From: the human T2T-CHM13v2.0 reference genome, Homo sapiens
Assembly (NCBI RefSeq): GCF_009914755.1
Contig: NC_060928.1
DNA length: 64,000 nt
Strand: one strand, 5' to 3'
Below, in pieces: positions 39,661 to 52,067 of the stretch. Below the pieces are notes generated by a model. The model was given only the letters and a program-made list of their open reading frames with translations, was not told where the DNA came from and did no database searches. Every line of letters begins with the position of its first letter. Within the stretch, counting starts at the first letter, position 1. The position numbers and the translations under genes were made by a program.

Positions 39661-40331
39661 ATTACATATCATGTATATGGTGACAATGGGCAAATGAATG
39701 ACTTTCTATTGAATATCTGGTTCATGATTCCAGGTAAACCACCATTGCTCTGCCTGGGATCCTCCTAGTGCTCTCTCTGCCTGTGTTTGTCGGGATCCTT
39801 TCTTATTTAAGCCCCTGCAACTTGCTGCCTAAAAGAGGCAAAGAGCCCATGTGGCCTTCTCTTAAAATTTTCAGCCCCTAGGATTCCCCTTCTATTGTTC
39901 TGAGCTTAACTATAATTATATAAAAAGATGTTTGGTGTCTCTTATCCAGCATTTCAGGTATTTTACACAAAGAGATTTTTCTGTTGACCTATATGGCCAT
40001 ATTGCTGGAAATGGAAGTCATATATACCTGGCTGTATTTTTTAATTGAAACAATATTAATTAAAAGAAAAACATAAATCTTCATAATTATAATCATAGCA
40101 TACCACTCCAAGGGAGGGAGGGAAAATAAAAAAGGAAAGGGGAGAGAGAAAGAAAGAAAGGGAAATAACTTAAAATGTAAATTTTTAAAAAATTAATCCT
40201 TAAAAATACTATAGTCATCATTTTTATATTCATGATAGTGAAATATTTTCTAAAAATAAGTATAATTGCAGTAACTATAAATGAAAATATTAACATATGA
40301 GATGAAATAAAAATATCAAAAATAGTTTCTT

Positions 40332-40628
<297 letters not shown>

Positions 40629-40713
40629 TTAGATCTAGCATGTGACCGTGTGCATTCTTTTTAAAGGGGATGTTCAGGAACAAAAGCAAAAATGAAAGTC
40701 ATTCAAACACTAC

Positions 40714-40863
40714 CTTTGCGGGTGCAACGTACACAACCACCCCGACATCGCTCTCCCTCAGCACTTTCTCCATGCAGTAGTAGGAAGCATAGGTTTTGCC
40801 TGAGGACGTTGGGGCAACAATCACTGCTGACTCATTCTTATCTACCACATCCAGGAGTTCCTG
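40714..40863 (-). CDS. DDX60L: DDX60L exon, 150 nt, phase 0/0, Walker A ([50 protein letters not shown])
   Basis: ctgcag|CAGGAA ... GCAAAG|gtagtg; tandem CAGCAG acceptor (alternative start 40860). Confidence 0.95.
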
Positions 40864-41477
40864 CTGCAGGGTACAAAGCACCATTTGTGTCAAGAAAGTG
40901 AACAGCATGTTACCAAAACACAGACAGTATCCTTTGTACCTTCTGTCTCCTGTGCCTGTATTATGCTACCTTTGGGGGAACTCCCTGAACCCCTGAAGAT
41001 TAGGTCTGGTGAACACTCGAAGGATTCAGGAAAATACCTGGATTACTCATGCCATTCCCTCAGAAAAGAGATTTTGTTTTACATTTTGGCCTAGAGAGAG
41101 GGTTTCATTTCTGCAAAATAGAAAGGGAGACTGAGTAAAACATATTTTTCCATTAGAAAACACTTTTTCCAATTGTCATTGAGTAAGTACAGAAAGAGGT
41201 TTCCAAAACTGAGCTGTAAGAACTAGTAATGCCACATTAGCATGCCTTCACATACAAACAGGTATCAGTATAACTTCCACTGATGGTGAAAATAAAAAGG
41301 CCAAGAAGGGGAAGAAATGAATGATTTCTCATACTCTAGTTACATTCTCCAGGCACAGTAGAGGAAAGACATTAAACAAGATTAAGAAGTTTATGCAAAA
41401 TTTGACATGTAGAGACACAGTAATGAAAAGTTCTGAAGTCACACTGATTAGAAAAGTACAATGTTTGTTGTCATTAC

Positions 41478-41624
41478 CTGCCATGCGTTGGGAATAAAAT
41501 CCTGGACCCTGGGATCCCGATCTTTTCTTTCATCTCTTATCAAGTAATGGCCCATGTATTGCAGTTGAAACCGAGCTGGTCCAATGTCAATCGAATATTT
41601 CTTCTTATTTTTGTCATCTCCTAT
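41478..41624 (-). CDS. DDX60L: DDX60L exon, 147 nt, phase 0/0 (IGDDKNKKKYSIDIGPARFQLQYMGHYLIRDERKDRDPRVQDFIPNAWQ)
   Basis: taacag|ATAGGA ... TGGCAG|gtaatg. Confidence 0.94.
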
Positions 41625-41730
41625 CTGTTATTTTAATATATTATTTGAAATCAACTTAAACTTCAAAATTGAATAAACATTTATTAAATATCCACTGAGC
41701 ACATTCTATGCACAAGGCATTTTTACTACA

Positions 41731-41921
41731 CTTTTTTTTATTTTTTTGAGACAGGGTCTTTCTCTGTCACCCAGGCTGGAGTGCAGTGACGCCATCATAG
41801 CTCACTGCAGCCTTGAACTGCTGAGTGCAAGTGATCTTCCTACCTCAGCCCCACCACTCCCTATCCCATGCCCTGGCTGAGTAGCTGGGACTACAGGCAC
41901 ATGCTATCAATTGTGGCTAAT

Positions 41922-41953
<32 letters not shown>

Positions 41954-42072
41954 GTAGAGACAGGGTGTTGCCATGTTACCCAGGCTGGTCTTGAACTACT
42001 GGGCTCAAGTGATCTGCTCACCTTGACCTTCCAAAGTGCTGAGATTACAGGCGTGAGCTACCATGCCTGGCC
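41731..42072 (-). mobile_element. AluJ with (TG)n in the linker and a ~26-nt insertion
   Basis: Reverse dimer with J diagnostics; (TG)n at 41924-41952. Confidence 0.85.
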
Positions 42073-42559
42073 TACTATGCTTTTAAATAGTGTAATATTT
42101 AAGTAAGAAGAGTTTTCCTGCCTAAAATGTTATTCTTGGGAAAAGTCAAATAGCAGATATTAACGTTAAAAAAAGTTCATCCTGGAATTGGAACCTGGAA
42201 CCTTATTAAAGACCATTCTTCAATCTCACTACATTACAGTTTTTAGATTGCACTAGAATTAAGTATAGGATTCATTCCTGTTACCAAGAGGGTTTAAAGT
42301 GGCATCTGGATATCATCTAGTATTTAATTTCTGTTTTCAGGAAGCATCTGTACAAATTTTCTAATTTTAATTTACTTCAAAGTTTGGCAGCTAGGTTATT
42401 AATAAGTAATCTCATATCTATTATTTTATAAACTAGAATCAGAGTAAACATAGTCAATTGATAACTCTATATGTGAGATACTTCATTAGACCTATTAGTT
42501 ATTCTTCCATATTAAAATTGAGTAAAAATTTAAAGTATAAGAAATTCTAGTTCTCTTAC

Positions 42560-42726
42560 CAGAGTTGGATCCAAAGAGTTTGCCAGATCATTAAAGCCTA
42601 AATATTTAAGGCATTTAGCTATATATTGATGATGTTCTGCTTCCAAAATTTCTGGGTATCTCTCCAGGAGTGAATGAATCCTTTTCATCATTTGAACAGC
42701 TATACTTAAATCTTTCGAAATTTTGC
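42560..42726 (-). CDS. DDX60L: DDX60L exon, 167 nt, phase 1/0 (KISKDLSIAVQMMKRIHSLLERYPEIL...LANSLDPTL)
   Basis: aacaag|GCAAAA ... ACTCTG|gtaaga. Confidence 0.92.
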
Positions 42727-43691
42727 CTTGTTAAAGAAACAATAAAATTGTTATAAAGAACACCAAAAATAACTGGTTGATCACTTACGACAATCATTGA
42801 GTTAATCAATTAACCTCATGTGATTAAACCTCACTATTTTACTTGACTTTAAAGGAGATTTTAGAGCATTAAAAACTAAAACTCATGATTAAATTAAATT
42901 AAAACTCCATCTACACACATTTAATTATCATCTTAAGTAACTTAGACATAGCTGGGTAAGTATAGGCAAAAAAGAAAAGAAACAAACTTTGTGATTTATA
43001 GCAGAAATATGAACCATTTAAACTGAGCTCTGTACTCATTTCCAGAGAAAAATAACACAATAACCCACATATTATTTGTGTGTCTTCTACTCTTGTTCAC
43101 AGGAAAAAGTCCTATGATTTTAGATGCCTGACCAAAACATGAGCAACATTTATCAAGGCCTACTCTTGACCACATACAGTACTTGTATTTATGAAACCAT
43201 CAGCAGAACCCTTCAATTATTGAGGGCTAAGATACAACCTCACTGCATCCCAATCATTCTATCCAGACTCTCCTAAGCCCTTCTATTACCTCCTGTTCAC
43301 TTATAGCCTCTTTATCTCTATCCCACTACTAACCACTCCATATAAAGTCATATAAAGTCTTTATCCTCTTTCCTCTTTGTTAAGAAATATCCTCTTTCTT
43401 AACAAATACTACTGAGCAACTGCTTATGCAGACCACCAATGTATGCTTTAAGGAAGTACAAATGAAATTTAAGACAGAGTTCTTACATCAAGGAACCTTC
43501 AATCTAATTGGAGAACAAGGGATTAGTGTTGAAACAGATCAGTAAAATATCTAAGTGATTTACAATTCAGGGTCCAAATGGAGTCATAGAAGCAGTGTTA
43601 TGTGAGCAGGAGAAGTTGGGAGGACTCCACAAGAGGATGGCCTTGAAGGACACACAGAATTTAGGCCAATAGAGACAAGCAGAAGAACATC

Positions 43692-44195
43692 TGTAGCAGA
43701 AACTGATATTACCTCCTCAACATCCATTCTCACCCAATGCTTTCTTATAAATCCCCATACTAATGGATACTGCAATAGGTCCAATTCAAAGTTCACATTT
43801 TCTAATCTCTCTGTGGTTTGGTGCGGTTTTGTTACTAAGTTTGGCCATTGAGAAGTAAGCAAAAATTGGTGGAATTTCTGGGATGAAGCCTCCTTCCATA
43901 GAAGAAATACAGCATGAATGTACAAATTTGCCCTTTTTCTTCTTCCTACTTTGTTTTGGAATACAGTTATCATGGCTGTAGCATCAGCCACCAACTGCAT
44001 TCATGACATAACTTTAAGAATACAACTCATGCACTAAGAACGGTACAATACGATGATAGCGGAGCCTAAGTTCCCAGTGACACTGAACTGCCTATCTCTG
44101 GACTTCTTTTACATGAAAGAGAAATAAACTATCTTTTTTAAGCCATTATTAATTCCTATCTCTGTTAATAGCTAATGGCAATTCCTATCTGATAT
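43692..44195 (+). mobile_element. Old MaLR LTR (MLT1J-like)
   Basis: TGTAG start; GACTTCTTTTACATGAAAGAGAAATAAACT..TTTAAGCCATT 3' block. Confidence 0.55.
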
Positions 44196-44431
44196 GGCAT
44201 CAAGTAAAAACACATATGCTAAAGCTTAGAGATGAAAATGAGCATAGTCTCTGACAGCCCACTGAGGTACTGGCTTTGCTGGGAAGTAGAATAGAGAGAC
44301 ATGAGCGTGACTACAGAGTCACGTGGCCACACGTGAAAAGGATCTGAGTAGGACATACTCAAGACAGGGTGATCAACCACAACTTGAGGAGGAATTGTCA
44401 GCTTGGTCTAGCATCAAAATCACATATCTCA

Positions 44432-44737
44432 GGCTGGGCACAGTGGCTCAAGCCTGTAATCCTAGCTCTTTGGGACGCCCTGGCGGATAGATCACCTGAG
44501 GTCAGGAGTTCAAGACCAGCCTGGCCAACATGGCAAAACCCCGTCTCTACTAAAAATACAAAAATTAGCCAGGCATGGTGGCAGGAGCCTGTAATCCCAG
44601 CTACTCAGGAGGCTAAGGCAGGAGAATCACCTGAAGCTTGAATCTGGGAGGTGGAGGTTGCAGTGAGCTAAGATCACTCTACTGCACTCCAGCCTGGGTG
44701 ACAGTGAGACTCCATCCCAAAAAAAAGAAAAAAAAAT
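44432..44737 (+). mobile_element. AluSx-like
   Basis: Full dimer; 15-bp TSD AAAATCACATATCTC. Confidence 0.9.
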
Positions 44738-45141
44738 CACATATCTCTACTCAGTTTTTTCTGATTCTTTCCCTCAGTTGGCTCTTCCACAAGTCAATAT
44801 TCAGGAAACTAAGTAATAAAAGCACACACTACAAGCCATATGAAGACGTAATACCTGGAAATAGTATGCACACATCATTTCTGCTACATATTTCACCAAA
44901 ATCATTCTCTGCTGCCAGTTGGAGACATTGATACAGGAGAGCACAGGGAGCCACAGAAATTTGAGGGAGCACTTAGAATGCTAGGCAGGCAGGGCCCATT
45001 CCAACCCACTTCCCTCCCTGCCAGCCCACAGTGTGGAAATGGTTGTGTACCGTTACCTAGGACTGCAGGTGCTATTGGGCATCTATTCCCCCATAGCTAT
45101 GGCTCTCAAGGAATTCTGGTAACCGTTCACTCCCCTGCTCT

Positions 45142-45649
45142 TGTCAAGAACTAGGAAAGGGCTGAGATTTTATTCTATTTACAAGCTAGAAATTTAGTCT
45201 TTCACAGTCTCATGGTTGCTGGCAAAAGACATGAGACTCCTGGGTCAGAAACAAAAGGCTTTATTATCATGGCCCAGTTAACAATATAACCATCATGTAT
45301 ATGTCGGTTCCCCTTGTGCTCCATGGCGGAGATAAAGAGCCCAGGTAGAAACCACACACAAAGTAGGTTGATGTCACAGCTAAGGAAATCTACACTTAGA
45401 AAACCGAAATATTTTATAATGGGTCTCAGGCAAAACCTGCTTCTTTGCCCTGGAGGGAAATGTGATCTTTATTAACTGGACAGTAAACAAACTTGGCCTT
45501 TGCCCTAGAGAGGAACACAATTTCTTCCTTCCAAGCCTGTTCACTATACAAACACACTTAAAAAGATAGTCTGGAAGTGAACCTGTCAATGCTTCTGCTG
45601 GCTAGACGGGCAGAAACATGGAAAAACCCATGGAGAATCACCTCCCAAC
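45142..45649 (-). mobile_element. MER34/MER39-like ERV1 LTR
   Basis: TGTCAAGAACT..GCTGGCAAAAGACATGAGACTCCTGGGTCAGA..CTTTATT..CTCCCAACA. Confidence 0.55.
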
Positions 45650-46021
45650 AGCAACTTCACATCTCCCTGGTGCTGACAGCTTTCCTTCTCTGATAGGCCC
45701 TGTTGCTGCTGCTGAGCCTCACCTTGCTTTGCTGATCCCCTTAATTCTCTCCACACTTTTTGAAAGAGTTTTTTCTTTATACTCTCCTCATTTCTTTTTG
45801 AATGTGCCATCTTTTCCCTGTTGGGACCCTCTGTCTAACCTCTGCAATTCCACTTTCTTGTCTGCAAAATATAATAATAACTATCTTAAAGGGTCATGTT
45901 GACAATAAAATCAGACAATGGATTATACAAAGTTTTAGCACAACCATGCATTCAGTAAATATGTTAACATCATTAATATTTTCATCACTACTCTTTATCC
46001 ATAGAGTATGGAGTCCCATAC

Positions 46022-46274
46022 CTTCACCTCGGCAATGTTTTTTCCATGCTTTAAAGCAGGCAATTAATCCTAACATTTCAACTCCAAATTTCACTGAATT
46101 ACTTGCACATGATGTCAAATAATCTTCCAATTTCCTTATTCCAGAATGTAAATTGTTCTTCATCTCCTCTTCAATAGAAAACAGCAGATCATCGTTTTGC
46201 TGAGCTTTGTTCTGATCTTCTTTGAGAAATGACTTTTTCTTACTCTTTTTGGTAATTTGGTGGGGTTTGGTATT
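46022..46274 (-). CDS. DDX60L: DDX60L exon, 253 nt, phase 0/1 (NTKPHQITKKSKKKSFLKEDQNKAQQ...AWKKHCRGE)
   Basis: gagcag|AATACC ... GTGAAG|gtatgg; overlaps ORF-track 45894..46334. Confidence 0.92.
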
Positions 46275-48100
46275 CTGCTCAATAATAAAAGGAACATATG
46301 AAACAAGTGGGAAAATTCCATTATGACATTTCACTAGTGAGATTATTTTTTGTGCACTTACTGAGGACTCTGGCCATCATTCTACTCGTGCACAGGCAAG
46401 AATTCTTAATGTCTTTTCTTAAAATTAAAGTCTGTATGATGCAAACCTACTTAAACTTCAGTATAAATGTAAATTGCCTCTTACTGCAGAATATTTTCTA
46501 GATTTCTAAATGGTGTAAATTATTAATAAAAAAGTAAAAGTAAATGGAAGAAAACAAAGAAGAGAAAGAGTAGCCACTGAGCTTGATTGTAGGGCAGCTT
46601 CTTGGGGATTTGGAACTTAATTAATTTATTCATTCTCCACCCCACAAAGCATTTTGGGCCTCCCAGATCCCACTCGCTCTTTGGAGATTCATGTTGAAAA
46701 ACACCAACGGTCTAAGCAGACATTAGTCAATGTGGGGAAAAAAACAGAAATCCCACTGGAAAATGGAGGAGTCACACACACTTAGTGGGGTGGTAATTTT
46801 TCCCACCTCTCCCCTAACTAGATCAAACATTTAATTCCCATTTTGCTTCTATTTCAGTGTGGAGGCTGCTCCTAGGCCTCACACTACCAACATAACAGAA
46901 CTGAGTGAGCTCCCATCAGTTCCTGGCCCTGCAATTAGGGCTGCCAAAGGAGCAGAGGTGCACAGCCTGGGCCCCAGGAGCCAGCCTTGGGCACAGGGCT
47001 TGGCAAAGCAAAGGGCTCAGCTGGGTGAGGCCCTTGCACAAAGGCTGCAGAAGATGGTTGCTTCAGGATGCTGTATTCACTTTGATCCTTATGCTTGAAG
47101 CCAAGCCTGGACCTTTGCCTGAGCCAGCCCCACCTGGCCACCCTCAGCCCAGAGGAGGTTAGGTCTGTGGGCTGAGGTGGAGCCTCTGCAGTTGAAAGCA
47201 TGTGTTGTGTGGCTGGATGGACCCTTAAATAGCTCTAGGAGAGAGACCCAACAGCAGTGCTAAGAAACCTACAGTGTAATCAGTGATAACTATTATCTAG
47301 AATGGCTTTGAGGAGATATCCTGTCACTGATTGTAGCCTTTGCAACTTCAGCCTGGTTAATGAATTGACGGTCTGGCAAGGAAAAGGAAGACTCTAGATC
47401 TCTGATTAACAATTTTCTGAAATTAGTGGGAAAGAGAAATGTTTTCATGTTTTGGATCTTTTCCTTGTGGGGCTTTTATGTTTCATTCTCCAAAAATATT
47501 CCCTTTCCTACTCCAGTTAGGGTAAGGCAGCCATGATAAGTGCCATTGGTCATCAATAGTTTGGTTTGTGCTCTTTCACGTATTTAGCATGGTTGACCTC
47601 AGGAAGGGGATTTACCAAAGCAAATAAATGTCTTTCCTTAATTCCCAACCATGAGGCTAAGAGAGAAGTACTGAAGCCTAATGAAATCCCCTCTGATGAA
47701 GAATGATCGCAAAGTAGTACCTTCCCAAGCAGAACCATAAAATCTACCGTTTGTTCAGTTATAAACACTATCATTTGTGTTACCTGATACTTTTCCACAT
47801 TATCTTTTTAAATTTTTTTTGAATTACAGGGATTCTAAGTTTGTAAACAAGCATGGTCTAGTGTAAAGGCAGGAAGAGAAAGAAAATAGGTATGGAAGAT
47901 TCCTACCCTTTCAAGAAGACCTGGTCTTACCTTTAATATAAACAAAAGTCCAGGACAGATTAATGGCATAAATGACTTAAAAACATGGACAGTTTTCCAA
48001 ATTCAGGCAAAATAATGAAGCTGATGGAAATGTTAGGCCTATTTTTACCACCTCTATGTAAAAAGATTTTCACTGTAATAAACTAATATACAAAAATTCC

Positions 48101-48402
<302 letters not shown>

Positions 48403-48583
48403 ACAAACATTTCCTTTAACTTAAATTTGACTTTTCTAAATCCAAGCTTGTAATTCTTTGATGCATTAAGCTTGTTATCAGATAAATCTATCTTTTCTTA
48501 TTCTAAAAAAGATAGAATACTAGATTTTATGTAATCTTCTTAGGATTTCTAATGGCAAGCAAGTAAAATAACTCATTTGTAAG

Positions 48584-49316
<733 letters not shown>

Positions 49317-49429
49317 GTTAGCAAACATGAGAAAGAAGAGAATGGAAGACACCTCCAGAGACAAATATGAGCCTAAAGAAAACAAAACAACATCAAAGAA
49401 AAAAATTAGGTAAAATCTTTGCGATCTAC

Positions 49430-49590
49430 CTGTAATATTTCACCACTGGCACCACTGGAATCCTCCTTTGGCCGAGTAGTTTGAGTCACAATGACTTTCG
49501 TAGAGATTGATTCTAACGATTTCCCATAAAATTGCTGATAATCCTGAATCTTTTTCAGGAAATCAAGAACATGAGGATCTCTAGATTGTT
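49430..49590 (-). CDS. DDX60L: DDX60L exon, 161 nt, phase 1/0 (QSRDPHVLDFLKKIQDYQQFYGKSLES...SGASGEILQ)
   Basis: tttcag|AACAAT ... TTACAG|gtagat. Confidence 0.9.
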
Positions 49591-50450
49591 CTGAAATAGA
49601 AAGACTTAAAATGTAAACATGTATTTTAAAATATTGCTATATATGTGTGCTACCCACACATTATTTTTTTAACTCCAGAATAATAATTCAGTATTTGCCA
49701 ATGAGGTCAGATTACCATATGCTAACAAAATAATTCCCTATATTATTTGAAGAAGAGAGAGGACGAAGCTCTGCTAATGTCCGGGTCTAAGTACCTGGAC
49801 ATTGCCCCTGTCATTTGGCAGGAGAAGAGGAGAAGAGGAAGGTTGGGGGCAGTCTAATAGCACATTCACCTGCAACAGGGGTCTACAAACTAGGTCCACA
49901 TGATCAAATCTGATGAGTACATTTTTTAAAATTGGTTACACTCTAAATGATTATATGAGTACCTACATCATGCTGTCAATTTTGGTCTCTTGGTTTGCAA
50001 AGCCTAAAATATTTATTACTTAGACCTTTCAGAAAAAGTTTGTTGACTCCGGACCTAAAACATTCTGTTTGCACTCCTAAAAAGGAAAACCTCTACTTCT
50101 GGTCCCAGTCAAATATTTAGGAGCTTACAGCTGACAGATGCTGATACCAATTACCTTACACCATGCAAAAATTCAAATGACACAGAAAATTCCCAGGAAG
50201 CAAGGCTAGATTCACTTGAGACCTAGGAACACTCTTTACAAACATAAAAGATATAAATAAGCTAGTGTTTTGTTGTTTTGGATGTTGTTGCTTTTTCCGT
50301 GTCTGTGTATGTGATCACAAATCAAACCACTCTGGAAACACACCATGCAGAATCTTCGTAGACACTTACATAAATAGCTTATTCCTATATGCAATTGGCA
50401 TACTTACTTGACTTATTTCTAGATCCTTCTGAAAAGTTTTACCAGTTCTG

Positions 50451-50675
50451 CAATGAGAACACATGGACACAGGAAGGGGAACATCACACTCTGGGGACTG
50501 TTGTGCGGTGGGGGGTGGGGGGAGGGATAGCATTAAGAGATATACCTAATGCTAAATGACGAGTTAATGGGTGCAGCACACCAGCATGGCACATGTATAC
50601 ATATGTAACTAACCTGCACATTGTGCACATGTACCCTAAAACTTAAAGTATAATAATAATAAAATAAAATAAAAA
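50451..50675 (+). mobile_element. 225-bp 5'-truncated young L1PA 3' end
   Basis: L1PA 3' UTR and A-rich tail; 20-bp TSD GAAAAGTTTTAC(C/T)AGTTCTG at 50431-50450 and 50676-50695. Confidence 0.93.
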
Positions 50676-51406
50676 GAAAAGTTTTACTAGTTCTGAAAAG
50701 GGTGGAAATAAACATCGGATTGGAGAAAGACACTAAAAGAATGAACCAGGAAAAAAAGATCTATGAATTCCTTTCCTTAGGACCCATTTTTAATTGTTTC
50801 ATGGGCTTTACTTTTTGTAGATTCAACTCCTCCTCATTACTGAGTTTTCATGGGCACAATTATGCTGGTACTTGGCAGCATGCAATCAACTAGACAATAG
50901 TTTAGCAGGAAAAGAGCTAAAATGTTAGGAAGACTATGGCTGTATCAGCATATTTACTTCAAGGTATAGACAGATTCCTAAAACCATCAAGTATCTTTCC
51001 CACTTAAACAGCATCTGATATTTTCATGACAATACCATGCATATGTACATCCTTAAAAGATTAATAAATCTCTATTTGAATTAACAGATACATCTGCATG
51101 CATACGTACATATGCACACCAGATAATATAATGGGATTTTTTTCAGACAGCATGCTTCCTACTGTGCCTCTTCAATTAATATATATATATATATTGTGTG
51201 TGTGTGTGTATATATATATACACACATATATGTATAGTATATATTGTATATAGAGATCTCATTCAAAATATATATTATATATAATATATAGATAGATCTC
51301 ATTCAAAATAGAACGTGTTTACAATGTAATATCTTTTCACTGTTAATAAAAAGAGCAGCAAAGGCAATTCATATAAGCTCTATTTTATCGTGGTTACAGA
51401 GCTCAC

Positions 51407-51522
51407 CATCAACATGACATTTGATCCTGTCATAGTCGTCACTAAGGAGTCTTTGAGCATGCCAGTGCAAAAGTTCATCAGATGTCTTTTGTTTAAACAG
51501 TGAAGGAACAACCGGATCATCA
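51407..51522 (-). CDS. DDX60L: DDX60L exon, 116 nt, phase 2/1 (DDPVVPSLFKQKTSDELLHWHAQRLLSDDYDRIKCHVD)
   Basis: ttacag|TGATGA ... TTGATG|gtgagc. Confidence 0.93.
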
Positions 51523-51961
51523 CTGTAAAAATAAATACATAATTTTTTTAAATTTTAAGCTTTTCAAATTTTAGCACAAACTTCAGGCTGTGATAACAGA
51601 AATTGTACAACCTCTTTTTCTATTTGTGTGATATAATGTGGGTCATAAAACCTCAGAGACATAAAAACCCTGAATTTCTGCCATTCCTGTAACAGTCACA
51701 TCCACATCAACAACAATGTAGTAAACTTTATAGCTGGAGTAATTTTATTATACGTTCAAAATAATATAGATTTTTATATAGTAATGTTCAAATAATATTG
51801 ACATACTAGATGTTACAATCACTTAAATGTATTATAGTCACATTATATAGAATTTACCATATCCTGATATGATATATTACATAGACATTTTGATGAGTCA
51901 TTCACTTCACTAGTATTTTCAAGTTGATGGCACTAAATCAGGTACTTCATTAACTCTGTAC

Positions 51962-52067
51962 CTCTTTAGAATAGGCAAATCCTTCATCATATCTCCAACA
52001 AACTCATCAATTACAGCAGATGTCATTGGAATAAAGCCCACACTAGGCATCTTTTCCAAGGAGATTT
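51962..52067 (-). CDS. DDX60L: DDX60L exon, 106 nt, phase 1/2 (ISLEKMPSVGFIPMTSAVIDEFVGDMMKDLPILK)
   Basis: tttcag|AAATCT ... AAAGAG|gtacag. Confidence 0.93.

Noticed and set aside
39382-39693. 103-aa ORF rich in CV and IYLS repeats
   Set aside because: Translation of (TG)n and (ATCT)n microsatellites.
51178-51310. (TA)n/(TG)n tract with a short AGATCTCATTCAAAATA duplication
   Set aside because: Ordinary slippage in low-complexity AT-rich DNA.
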